Source: an uncultured Acidobacteriota bacterium
Lineage (GTDB): Bacteria > Acidobacteriota > Thermoanaerobaculia > Multivoradales > SZUA-115
Direction of reading: 5' to 3'
Assembly: GCA_963805975.1 (NCBI GenBank)
Contig: CAWDVR010000003.1
Location: forward strand, 608,001-672,000
Length of the DNA stretch: 64,000 bases
The notes beneath the pieces are model-generated. The model had not been told where the DNA came from. It made no database searches and worked only from the letters and a program-made list of their open reading frames with translations. A program made the position numbers and the translations under genes. This document shows positions 12,188 to 21,025 of the stretch, piece after piece. Numbering within the stretch: position 1 is the first letter of the stretch; each line of letters opens with the position of its first letter.

Positions 12188-14424
12188 GACCCAGAAGCAA
12201 GCACTACAGCCACCACGAGATCGAAGAGCTCCTGAGCCGCGCGGTGCCGGCCGAGCCGCCTGCCGACCTGGCGGCGCGAATCAAGGCCGAGATCCCGAAC
12301 CCGTTGACCCTGGCGGCAGCCCCGGAGGCCCTGGAGGGGCCTGCCAACGTCCTCCGGCCCGCGGTGTGGAACCGCCGCTGGCGCCCGCTCCTCGCCGCCG
12401 CATCGCTGGCGGCGACCCTGGGAGCGGGCCTCTTTGCCTATTTGAACTTCTCGCGGGTCGAGCCGTTGGCGGCGCCGAAAGTAGTCTCCGAGGGCGAGGC
12501 GCAGGGGAGCGCTCCACCCGCCCAGATGGAGGGCGCCGAGGCGGACCTCGTCACCTCTCCGCCGCCGGCCGCCGCTCGTCCCGCGCCGTCGGCCAAGGCT
12601 GCACCCCCGGCGCCCCCGACCTTTGCCGAGGTGCCCGCGGGGGAGCAGGGTGGCATCGCCGGGGGCATGGTCCAGCCGGTGGAAGTGCCGGAGTCGCTGC
12701 CGGAACCGGCGCGGCAGCAGCGCAAGGACGAGCTCGTCGTCACCTCTGAGTCGCCGCTCCTCGATCGCCGCATCACGAGCGGCTCGGCTTCCCGAGCGAA
12801 GCCCGAGCCGATCGGGGTCGGCGACGACGAGGGCCCGCTGCGCGTGGGCGGCGAGGAGGAGGGGGTCGAGGGCGGCGTCGAGGGCGGGGTCGCCGGCGGC
12901 GTCTTTGGGGGAGTTCCCGGCGGTGTCCCCGGTGGCACTGCCGCGGGTGTTCCCAGCAACGAGCGCAAGATCTGGGTGGGGACCGAGGCCGAGATCGGAT
13001 TCTCGACCGGCGGCTCGGCCGAGCCCAACGACCAGGCCTACGGCGACGTGTTCTTCCGCGAGTACGGCGTCAACCCGGCGATCGACACCGAGGACGACCG
13101 GCTCTCGACCTTCGGCCTGGACGTGGACACCGGCTCCTACACCGTGATGCGGCGCTACCTCACGGACGGCAACCAGCCGCCGCGCGAGGCGATCCGGGTG
13201 GAGGAGCTGGTCAACTTCTTCGACTACCGCGACCCGGCGCCGCGCCAGGGCGACTTCGCCCTCTATGCCGATGCCGCGCCGACACCGTTCGCCCAGGGCG
13301 AGCGCTACCGGCTGGTGCGCTTCGGGGTGAAGGCGCGCGAGATCGACGCGCGAGACAGAAAGCCCGCGCTCCTGGTCTTCACCGTCGACGTCTCGGGCTC
13401 GATGGACCAGGAGAACCGGCTGGAGCTGGTGAAGACGTCGCTCTTCCTGCTGCTCGATGAACTGAAGAGCGAAGACCGCGTAGGCCTGGTGGTCTACGGT
13501 TCCCGCGGCCGGGTGCTGCTCGAGCCCACCAGCGACCTCGCCGCCATCCGCCGCGCCGTCGGCGAGCTGGTGGCCGAGGGCTCGACCAACGCCGAGGAGG
13601 GCCTGGCCCTGGCCTATGAGCTCGCCGACCGCTTCTTCCGGCCGGGGGCCATCAACCGCGTGATCCTGTGCTCGGACGGGGTGGCCAACGTCGGCGCCAC
13701 CGGCCCGGAGTCGATCGGCCGCCGCATCGAGACCGCGGCCGGCAAGGGGATCGAGCTCACCACGGTGGGCTTCGGCATGGGCAACTACAACGACGTGCTG
13801 ATGGAGCAGCTCGCCGACCAGGGCGACGGCAGCTACGCCTACGTGGACGATCTCGAGGAGGCGCGGCGCATCTTCGTCGAGAACCTGACCGGCACGCTCC
13901 AGACCGTGGCCGCGGACGCCAAGGCGCAGGTGGAGTGGAACCCCGAGGTGGTGGCGCGCTGGCGCCTGCTGGGCTACGAGAACCGCGACATCGCCGACCA
14001 CAAGTTCCGCGACGACACGGTGGACGCCGGCGAGATCGGCGCCGGCCACGCGGTGACGGCGCTCTACGAGGTGAAGCTCCAGCCGGACGTTTCCAGGAGA
14101 GCCGTGGCAGGAACGCTCTTCCTGCGCTGGCGCTCGAAGGCGAGCGGCGAGGTGGTGGAGATCAAGAAGGAGCTCCTCGCCTCGGACTTCGCCGTCTCCT
14201 GGGACGAGAGCTCGCGAGCCCTGCGCCTGGCCTCGGTGGCCGCCGAGCTGGGCGAGCAGCTCAAGGGCTCCTACTGGGCCAAGGACGGCAGCTTCGCCGA
14301 GCTCTCGCGCCGGGCGCGGGACCTGGCGGACGAGATGCCGGGGCGAGCGGACGTGGCGGAGCTCGTGAGCCTGATCGGCAGGGCCGGGAAGCTCGTGAGC
14401 GGCGCCCGCCCCGAGAGCGAGTAG
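12184..14424 (+). CDS. Membrane-anchored YfbK-like VWA protein (vWF_A + VWA + DUF3520-like) with anti-sigma-like N-terminus
   Basis: ATGA overlap with the sigma gene; one TM helix; Pro/Gly-rich linker; STFGLDVDTGSY, RVEELVNFFDY, DVSGSM, CSDGVANVG, RLLGYENR, DAGEIGAGHAVTALYEV. Confidence 0.87.
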   Translation: MRPRSKHYSHHEIEELLSRAVPAEPPADLAARIKAEIPNPLTLAAAPEALEGPANVLRPAVWNRRWRPLLAAASLAATLGAGLFAYLNFSRVEPLAAPKVVSEGEAQGSAPPAQMEGAEADLVTSPPPAAARPAPSAKAAPPAPPTFAEVPAGEQGGIAGGMVQPVEVPESLPEPARQQRKDELVVTSESPLLDRRITSGSASRAKPEPIGVGDDEGPLRVGGEEEGVEGGVEGGVAGGVFGGVPGGVPGGTAAGVPSNERKIWVGTEAEIGFSTGGSAEPNDQAYGDVFFREYGVNPAIDTEDDRLSTFGLDVDTGSYTVMRRYLTDGNQPPREAIRVEELVNFFDYRDPAPRQGDFALYADAAPTPFAQGERYRLVRFGVKAREIDARDRKPALLVFTVDVSGSMDQENRLELVKTSLFLLLDELKSEDRVGLVVYGSRGRVLLEPTSDLAAIRRAVGELVAEGSTNAEEGLALAYELADRFFRPGAINRVILCSDGVANVGATGPESIGRRIETAAGKGIELTTVGFGMGNYNDVLMEQLADQGDGSYAYVDDLEEARRIFVENLTGTLQTVAADAKAQVEWNPEVVARWRLLGYENRDIADHKFRDDTVDAGEIGAGHAVTALYEVKLQPDVSRRAVAGTLFLRWRSKASGEVVEIKKELLASDFAVSWDESSRALRLASVAAELGEQLKGSYWAKDGSFAELSRRARDLADEMPGRADVAELVSLIGRAGKLVSGARPESE

Positions 14425-14460
14425 GAAAACGGACCGCCGGGCATCGCCGGGTAGGCTCTC

Positions 14461-14560
14461 TGTCATCCCGAGCGGGAGCGAGGGATCTGGGTGGCGCGTA
14501 AACGGTACGCCGAGGGGTCCGCGCCCCGCACCCAGATCCTTCGCTGCGCTCAGGATGACA
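14461..14560. repeat. REP-like inverted repeat family B
   Basis: TGTCATCCCGAGCGGGAGCGAGGGATCTGGG (14461-14491) pairs with CCCAGATCCTTCGCTGCGCTCAGGATGACA (14531-14560), between convergent genes. Confidence 0.8.
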
Positions 14561-14603
14561 GGGAAGGCAATGACTGCCGGCAGGGAGCCCGGCCGCTACC
14601 GGG

Positions 14604-14834
14604 TCACATCCGGCTCTGGATCGCGCCCTCCACCTCACCGGGCTCCGGGAAGCGGTGGGTGGCGGTCTTGGAGTGGATCAGCTCGCCGTCGAGCTTCACC
14701 TCGAAGGCTCCTCGACCCCCCTTGATGAGCTGGGGCTTGATGCCGAGCTTCTGCTCGATGCTCTCCGCCAGACCGGCGGCTCGGGGATAGTAGTTTCAAA
14801 CGACGCAGTACTCGATGGTCACTTTTTCGGCCAT
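14604..14834 (-). CDS. SelT/SelW/SelH (Rdx) family selenoprotein, 76 aa, with in-frame UGA read as Sec
   Basis: MAEKVTIEYCVV-TGA(14798-14796)-NYYPRAAGLAESIEQKLGIKPQLIKGGRGAFEVKLDGELIHSKTATHRFPEPGEV. This has the Rdx signature IEYCxxU..GxFEV..SK..RFP. RBS AAGGAG is present. Confidence 0.9.
14765..14779 (-). promoter_or_regulatory. Putative bacterial SECIS apical stem-loop
   Basis: CCGCC-GGUCU-GGCGG starts 16 nt after the UGA; the loop resembles the GGUCU of the E. coli fdhF SECIS. Confidence 0.65.
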
Positions 14835-14854
14835 GGTCTCTCCTTCGGAAGAAA

Positions 14855-16081
14855 TTATACGGGGCATCTCCCGCAGACCGCCCCGGTGAGGAAATTCGGC
14901 GTCACCTCGCGGATGCGGGCGAGGTCCGGCACTATGGTCACCTGGGTGAAACCGGCGTGCTGGAGGATGTGGGTCCACTGCTCCGGCGTCAGGAAGCCCG
15001 GGTTGGGGCGCAGGTCGGGGTCGGTCGCCACCTCCCGGAAGCCCGCCAGCAGGCAGAAGACCAGCTCGGCCCCCACCGGCCGGCCGGGGAACGGCCGCAC
15101 GCACTCGCCGGCCACCAGCCAGCCGCCGGGCGCCAGGGCGCGGTGCGCCTCGGAGAGCGAGAAGCGGAGATCCTTGGCCACGTGGAGGACGTTCACCGCG
15201 TACACCAGATCCAAGGAGCCGGGGGAGGCGACCTGGTCGCCTCCCAACTGAGGAGCCCACGGCCGGTCGATGTCGAGGTCGCCAAAAGAGAGCGGCACTC
15301 CCGGCCAGGCGGCCGGCAGCGCGCGCTGGCTCCGGCGGCGGAAGAACGGCGAGGGCTCGGTGGCCCGGTACTCGGCGAGGCGCGCGAGCGCCCCTGCCCC
15401 CGCGAGCTCCTGGAGCAGCGCCTGGGCGCCGCTGCCGCCACCGGCCCCCACCTCGAGCACGCGCAGGCCGCCTGCCGCGGGCAGACGGTGCGCGGCGGCC
15501 AGCGCGGCGATGCGGTTGTTGATCGCGTAGAGCGGATTGTCGTTGCCGAAGTAGCTCGCCCAGAGACCCATGCCGGCCGGCCCGAGCAGCACCTCCTCGC
15601 CGGTGCGCTCGCCGCGCGCCACGGTCGGGTAAGCGGCGGCCGCGGCATCGAGCAGCGCCAGCGTCGGGGCGTTGCCCGGGTCCGCGGCCAGCAGCTCGGC
15701 GCGCAGGCGGGCGAGCGGCGCCTCGGGCAGCGCCCCGTGCAGGCGGTAGCGGTCGCCCTCCCGGCGCACCCAGCCGCCGGTCGCGAGCGAGGCGAGGAGC
15801 CAGTCGAGGGCGAAGCCGAAGCCCGGCGCGAAGCCCTGCTCCGCCGCGAGCGACGCCGCGTCCGCTCCACGGCTCAAGGCCGCCTCGAGGCCGAGGCACC
15901 TCGCGAGCTCCAGCGCCCAGGCGCGGCCGTAGTCCTCGGCGAGGGCCGCGCTCTCGACGAACGAGTCGGGGAAGAGGCTCTCCGGCAGCTCGCCGAGGAG
16001 CGGGACGACGAGCGCACGGTCGGTCTCGGTGGCGGAACCCGGGCGCGCCGGCGCCGGGTCCGAGGGGTGGGATGCGGGCAT
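14855..16081 (-). CDS. Class I SAM-dependent methyltransferase resembling PKS/NRPS MT domains
   Basis: LRVLEVGAGGGS, DLVYAVNVLHV, LAPGGWLVAGE. Confidence 0.82.
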   Translation of the reverse strand: MPASHPSDPAPARPGSATETDRALVVPLLGELPESLFPDSFVESAALAEDYGRAWALELARCLGLEAALSRGADAASLAAEQGFAPGFGFALDWLLASLATGGWVRREGDRYRLHGALPEAPLARLRAELLAADPGNAPTLALLDAAAAAYPTVARGERTGEEVLLGPAGMGLWASYFGNDNPLYAINNRIAALAAAHRLPAAGGLRVLEVGAGGGSGAQALLQELAGAGALARLAEYRATEPSPFFRRRSQRALPAAWPGVPLSFGDLDIDRPWAPQLGGDQVASPGSLDLVYAVNVLHVAKDLRFSLSEAHRALAPGGWLVAGECVRPFPGRPVGAELVFCLLAGFREVATDPDLRPNPGFLTPEQWTHILQHAGFTQVTIVPDLARIREVTPNFLTGAVCGRCPV

Positions 16082-16118
16082 GGGAGGGCGTGAATTGTAG
16101 GATAAACTCCATCCTCCC

Positions 16119-16739
16119 ATGAGCCCGTCGCGCCAGATCGTCGCCCCTCCCGCCGGGCCTCCCTCGCAAGCGGCGGAGCAAGGCCGGATCGAGCGCATCG
16201 CCGGCCACATGCGGGCCATTCTCCAAGAGCTGGGCCTCGACGTGAGCGACCCCAACCTAGCCGAGACCGACGTCCGCGTCGCCAAGCTCTACCTCGAGAT
16301 GTTCAGCGGTCTCGCGGAGGGCGCGCGGCCCAAGATCACCACCTTCCCCAACGACGAAGGCTACAGCGGCATGGTGATGGAGAAGGAGATCCATTTCTAC
16401 TCCCTGTGCTCCCACCATCTCGTGCCTTTCTACGGCCAGGTCCACATCGCCTACATCCCGACGGAGCGCATCGCGGGTCTCTCGAAGTTCGGGCGCATCG
16501 TCGAGTTCTATGCCAAGCGGCCCCAGCTCCAGGAGCGGCTGACCGAGCAGATCGTGACTTTCCTCGAAGAGGAGCTGCGGCCGCACGGCGCCATGGTGGT
16601 GATCGAGGCCCGTCACCTCTGCGTCGAGATGCGCGGCGTCAAGAAGCAGGGCGCCGTCACCGTGACCTCCGCCATCCGCGGCAGCTTCCACAACCGCCCG
16701 GTGCGCGAAGAGTTCCTCGACCTCCTGCGCCGTGGCTGA
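16119..16739 (+). CDS. folE: GTP cyclohydrolase I
   Basis: SLCSHHLVPFYG, GLSK, RPQLQERLT, ARHLCVEMRGV, REEFL. Confidence 0.95.
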   Translation: MSPSRQIVAPPAGPPSQAAEQGRIERIAGHMRAILQELGLDVSDPNLAETDVRVAKLYLEMFSGLAEGARPKITTFPNDEGYSGMVMEKEIHFYSLCSHHLVPFYGQVHIAYIPTERIAGLSKFGRIVEFYAKRPQLQERLTEQIVTFLEEELRPHGAMVVIEARHLCVEMRGVKKQGAVTVTSAIRGSFHNRPVREEFLDLLRRG

Positions 16740-17337
16740 TCGCATGCGGCGCGCCGGCACTCTTCTCGCCTGGGCTCTCCTCGCCACGCTGGCGGTCGCC
16801 GCCTCGGCCAAGGAGCGCAAGAGCGAGAAGCTCGAAGACCTGATGAACCCGCTCCTGGGGCCGGACTACTCGCTGTGGCTGGTGGGGCCGGTCTCCCGCC
16901 TGGCGACGCGGGAGGAGATCGGGAGCTTCCAGCGGCTCACGAGCGACGCCGAGGCCAAGGTCTTCGTCGAGGCGTTCTGGGCGAAGCGCGACCCGGACCC
17001 GGAGTACGAGGGGAACTCGCTGCGCGAGAAGTTCGAGGAGCGCGGGCGCGAGGCCGACAAGAAGCTCGGCGAGGCGGGCGTTCCCGGCCGCAGGAGCGAT
17101 CGCGGCACGGTGTTCATCCTCTACGGCCCACCGGCGGAGGAGAAGTTCGACATCGCCGAGCACCCCGACGACCCGCCCGTCCTGGTGTGGTCCTATCCCG
17201 CCGACGCGCCCAAGGGGCTCGACGGCAAGCCTCCCGAGCGCGCCTACCGCTTCATCAAGCGGGGCGACCTGACCGTCTTCTTCACGAAGAACATGAAGCC
17301 GCCTCGCCCGCGGCTCGACCGTCCCGGCCCGCCGTAG
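16732..17337 (+). CDS. GWxTD-domain secreted protein
   Basis: Signal peptide; FWAKRDPDP..N..F..R..AD; GRRSDRGTVFILYGPP, a variant of GWxTDRG. Confidence 0.78.
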   Translation: MADRMRRAGTLLAWALLATLAVAASAKERKSEKLEDLMNPLLGPDYSLWLVGPVSRLATREEIGSFQRLTSDAEAKVFVEAFWAKRDPDPEYEGNSLREKFEERGREADKKLGEAGVPGRRSDRGTVFILYGPPAEEKFDIAEHPDDPPVLVWSYPADAPKGLDGKPPERAYRFIKRGDLTVFFTKNMKPPRPRLDRPGPP

Positions 17338-17354
17338 GCCGAGGAGAAGCCCTC

Positions 17355-18425
17355 ATGGCCCTACCGCGCGCCGTTCTCGCGGGCACCGGCATCGCCGTGC
17401 CCCCTCTGGTGATCGACAACCACATGCTGTCGCGGATCGTCGACACCAACGACGACTGGATCCGCGAAAGGAGCGGCGTCGTCACCCGTCGCTATGTGGA
17501 GCCGGGCACCAGCTCCGCGGACCTGGGCGCCGAGGCGGCGCGCGCCGCACTGGCGGACGCGGGCATGGAGCCGGGCGAGATCGACTACATCGTCTGCGCC
17601 ACCATGACGCCGGACCACTACTTCCCGGGCTCCGGCACGCTCATCCAGCAGCGGCTCGGCATGCCGCCGTTGCCGGCCCTCGACATCCGCCAGCAGTGCG
17701 CGGGCTTCGCCTACGGCTTGCAGATGGTCGACGCGCTGGTGCGCTCCGGGATCGCCAAGAACGTGCTGCTGGTGGGTGCGGACGTGCACACCTCCTTGTT
17801 TCCCTTCTCCGAGCGCACCTGGCAGGTGCTCTTCGACGCAGACGCGCCGCCCCTCGCCCCGGAGGAGTTCGCCTGGAACTCCCGCTTCCGGCACCTGCTG
17901 GTGCTGTTCGGCGACGGCGCCGGCGCCATGGTGTTCCGGGCCGAGGAGGGAGGCGAGCGCGGCATCCTGGGCTCGCTCCTCTACGGCGAGGGGGGCGAGT
18001 GCGGCATTCTGCACGTGCCGGGGGGCGGCTCGAAGCACCGGCCGTTCGTCACCGCGGAGATGATCGCCGCCGGCGACCTGGTGCCGGTGATGGAGGGCAA
18101 GGCGGTGTTCAAGCTCGCCGTCACCCGCATGCCACAGGCGACGCGCGAGCTGGTGGGCAAGCTCGGCTACACCATCGACGACGTCGATCTGGTGGTCATG
18201 CACCAGGCCAACCTGCGTATCAACGAGGCGGCGCAAAAGCAGCTCGGCCTTCCGGACTCCAAGGTCCACAACAACATCCAGAAGTACGGCAACACCACCT
18301 CGGCCACGCTGCCGCTCTGCTTCCACGAGGCCCGCCAGCAGGGCCGCGCGCCGGAAGGCTCGCTGGTCGCCTTCACGGCTCTCGGAGCGGGGCTGCACTG
18401 GGGCTCCGTGTTGATGCGTGTCTGA
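17355..18425 (+). CDS. fabH: 3-oxoacyl-ACP synthase III family protein
   Basis: DTNDDWIRERSG, QQCAGF (Cys), LFGDGAGA, HQANLRI (His), YGNTTSA (Asn). Confidence 0.9.
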   Translation: MALPRAVLAGTGIAVPPLVIDNHMLSRIVDTNDDWIRERSGVVTRRYVEPGTSSADLGAEAARAALADAGMEPGEIDYIVCATMTPDHYFPGSGTLIQQRLGMPPLPALDIRQQCAGFAYGLQMVDALVRSGIAKNVLLVGADVHTSLFPFSERTWQVLFDADAPPLAPEEFAWNSRFRHLLVLFGDGAGAMVFRAEEGGERGILGSLLYGEGGECGILHVPGGGSKHRPFVTAEMIAAGDLVPVMEGKAVFKLAVTRMPQATRELVGKLGYTIDDVDLVVMHQANLRINEAAQKQLGLPDSKVHNNIQKYGNTTSATLPLCFHEARQQGRAPEGSLVAFTALGAGLHWGSVLMRV

Positions 18426-19908
18426 CCGCCTCAGCGCCCTCTTCTTCGCCCTCGCCGTCTTCGGTCTCGGCGCGGCGCTGGCCCTGGGGCTGGGCTGGTA
18501 TCGCGCGGCGCGGGGGCCGGTGGCGCTCTCGCGCCTCTCGCCCGAGCAACGACAACAGCTCACCCAGGAAATGATCGAGGTCTCGACCGGTGTCTACGAG
18601 GACGCCTGGTTCGAGCCGGCGATCGGCTACACGCTGCGCCGCGCGGCGCGGATCCAGGCCTGGAACGACGACTTCACGAGCAACGAGATCGGCTACCGGT
18701 CCGGGCCGATGGCGAAGCGCGCGGGCACCTTCCGGGTGGTCTTCGTGGGCGACTCCTGGACCTACGGCATGGGGGTGAAGGAGCGCGAGTCGTTCCCCAA
18801 GGTCTTCGAAGAGCTGGCCCGCGAGCGGGTCGGTGGGGCGCGGAAGGTCGAAGCCTGGACCCTCGCCCTGCCCGGCCACAACACGATGTCGGAGCTCGCG
18901 GCCCTGTGGTTCTTCTTCGACCGGTTACAGCCGGACGCGGTGGTGATCTGCCCGACCAGCAACGACAACGCGAGCCTCGGCCGCGTGCTGCCCAACGGTT
19001 CGCTGTCGCTCGTGGGGTTCGGCCGCGACGAGTTCGGCGACCCACACTCCGTGGCCTACGACGTGCGCCACCTGGACTCGTACCGCTTCCGGGAGCGCTG
19101 GCGGCTCGCCTTCGCCGCGCTCCGCGACACCGAAGAGCGCCTGGCGGCGGCCGGCGTGCCGTCGGTCCTCTATTTCGTGGCCCGCTGGCAACCGGCCTTC
19201 GCCCACGCACTGGTGTCCGAGGGAGGCCTGCGCTCCCCCTACTTCCTGACGCCGCTCGAGTACACGCACGGTACCTGGCTCAACCCGCCGCCCGTGCTGC
19301 ACGGCACTCCGGCCGCGAACCGCCTCTACGGGGCCCTGGTCTACGAGGCGGTGGCGCAGGTGCTCGGCTGGCCGGGCCTGCCGGCGGAAGGTGCAGAGGC
19401 GCGGGTTCCAGAGCCGCGGCTGCCGGTGACGCTCTTCCGCCGGCCGCCCCCGGCCGCGGACTGGCAGGCGGAGAACGAGGCCCGCTTCCGCGACGAGACC
19501 GCCAAGGCCATTCTGGAGGACTTTCGCCCCACACCATCGCACGCGGCCCAGACCGCCGGGCTGTTCGACGTCACGACCGGGCTCCTGGGCCGGGCGACCA
19601 CTCTCCTGGTGCGGCGCCGGGCGGGCGCCGAGCGGCTGCGCATCACGGTGGGCAGGCTCCGCGAGGCGCCGTCGCTCTACCCGCTCACGCTCGCGGTCGC
19701 GATCCCCTCGCCCGGCGGCGGTAGCCGGGTGGAGGAGCCGATCCCTCGCGGCGGCCCCGAGCCTCTGACCTTCGAGATCCCGTTGCCCGCGGACCTCGCG
19801 GCGGGCAAGGCGCTGGACGTGGTCTTCATGGCCTCGCGCACCGCCCAGTCTCCCGACGTGCTGGCGGCGAGATCTCTCTACATCCTGGCGATCGATCAGG
19901 TTCCGTAG
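18418..19908 (+). CDS. Membrane-anchored SGNH/GDSL hydrolase-like protein
   Basis: N-terminal TM; SNEIGYR, FVGDSWTYG, ND block, LHGTPAAN. Confidence 0.72.
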   Translation: MSDRLSALFFALAVFGLGAALALGLGWYRAARGPVALSRLSPEQRQQLTQEMIEVSTGVYEDAWFEPAIGYTLRRAARIQAWNDDFTSNEIGYRSGPMAKRAGTFRVVFVGDSWTYGMGVKERESFPKVFEELARERVGGARKVEAWTLALPGHNTMSELAALWFFFDRLQPDAVVICPTSNDNASLGRVLPNGSLSLVGFGRDEFGDPHSVAYDVRHLDSYRFRERWRLAFAALRDTEERLAAAGVPSVLYFVARWQPAFAHALVSEGGLRSPYFLTPLEYTHGTWLNPPPVLHGTPAANRLYGALVYEAVAQVLGWPGLPAEGAEARVPEPRLPVTLFRRPPPAADWQAENEARFRDETAKAILEDFRPTPSHAAQTAGLFDVTTGLLGRATTLLVRRRAGAERLRITVGRLREAPSLYPLTLAVAIPSPGGGSRVEEPIPRGGPEPLTFEIPLPADLAAGKALDVVFMASRTAQSPDVLAARSLYILAIDQVP

Positions 19909-20960
19909 GGCTCTGCCGGCACGCCCCTGCGCGCCCCGGTGACCAACTGCCGCTGGATGCCCTTGAACAGGCTCTCGGTCTTCTCGCGCCATTTCGAGAG
20001 CGCCAGGCGGCCGGCCGGGGCGCTCACCTGGACCAACCCTCGGCCCTCGGGGCCATTGCGGACCACGATGCGAAGATCGCCCCAGATCAGCGCCCAGCTC
20101 TCCGTCACCTCGACCTGCGAGTCGAAGCGCTCGCCCGAGAGCTGGAGCGCGGTCAGCACCGCCTCGAGCAGATCGCCCCGTCCGCTCTCGTAGACCGCCT
20201 CGAAGGCGCGGCTCTCGGCGTAGTCGCCGGTCGCCGGGGCGGCGGGCTCGACCTCCATCAAGCGGCGGAAGGCGGCGTTGTCGGCCACGGGCTCGAAATT
20301 GGCGTCGGCGCGGGTGCGGACCCGCATGCGCTCGTCGAGCTCGATGGCACGCCGCAGGTTCTCGACCGCGAGCGCCGTGTACCCGGCCACGGCGAAGTTG
20401 GTGGCGACCATGTAGTGCCCCTGGGCATTGCCTCCCGGCCCGGCGAGATAGCGCCCGAAACGCTCCTGCGCCGCCGGCAGATCCCCCTTCAGGAGCAGGG
20501 TGGCGCCGAGGTTGAGATGGTTGTCGGCCGCCTCCGGGTCCAGCCGCTCGGCCTTGCCGAAAGCCTCGAGAGCGCGGTCGAACTTGCTGTCCGCCAAGTC
20601 GAGGGCGCCGCGGTTGAGCCAGGCCTGGCGCAAACCAGGGTCGAGAGCCAGGGCGCGCTCGAGGTCGGTCCGCCCGGCAGCCGAATCGCCGCTCAGGAAG
20701 TTGGCGGTGCTGCGGACCAGGAGCGCCTCGCCGTCCTCCGCCTTCTTGCCTTGCACCTTGGCAAGGAGCGCCACCGCCTTGTCCGGCTGGCCGGCCTCGA
20801 GCAGCCGCTCTGCCTGGGCGACCAGCTCCTGCTGCGCCGAGGCGGCCTCGGCGAGCACAAAGGTCGGGGTGAACCAGGCGGCGCCGAAACCGAACCAGGC
20901 GGCACCGAGAGCGAGAGCGGCGATCGAGGCGAGGAAGCGGCGGGTTCTCATCGCGGCCAT
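19896..20960 (-). CDS. Secreted tetratricopeptide repeat protein
   Basis: Signal peptide; TPR units ERALALDP..AWLNRG, KAERLDPE..HLNLG, RRAIELD. Confidence 0.8.
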   Translation of the reverse strand: MAAMRTRRFLASIAALALGAAWFGFGAAWFTPTFVLAEAASAQQELVAQAERLLEAGQPDKAVALLAKVQGKKAEDGEALLVRSTANFLSGDSAAGRTDLERALALDPGLRQAWLNRGALDLADSKFDRALEAFGKAERLDPEAADNHLNLGATLLLKGDLPAAQERFGRYLAGPGGNAQGHYMVATNFAVAGYTALAVENLRRAIELDERMRVRTRADANFEPVADNAAFRRLMEVEPAAPATGDYAESRAFEAVYESGRGDLLEAVLTALQLSGERFDSQVEVTESWALIWGDLRIVVRNGPEGRGLVQVSAPAGRLALSKWREKTESLFKGIQRQLVTGARRGVPAEPYGT

Positions 20961-21025
20961 TTCATCAGAGCGCCAGCCGCTTGCCAAGCAGGGTCGGAGT
21001 GAGAGGCACAGTAGAATCGCGGATC

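Noticed and set aside
12860-12950. GGCGGCGTC-type repeats as a possible repeat array
   Set aside because: They encode the Gly/Val low-complexity linker of the VWA protein; there are no spacers.
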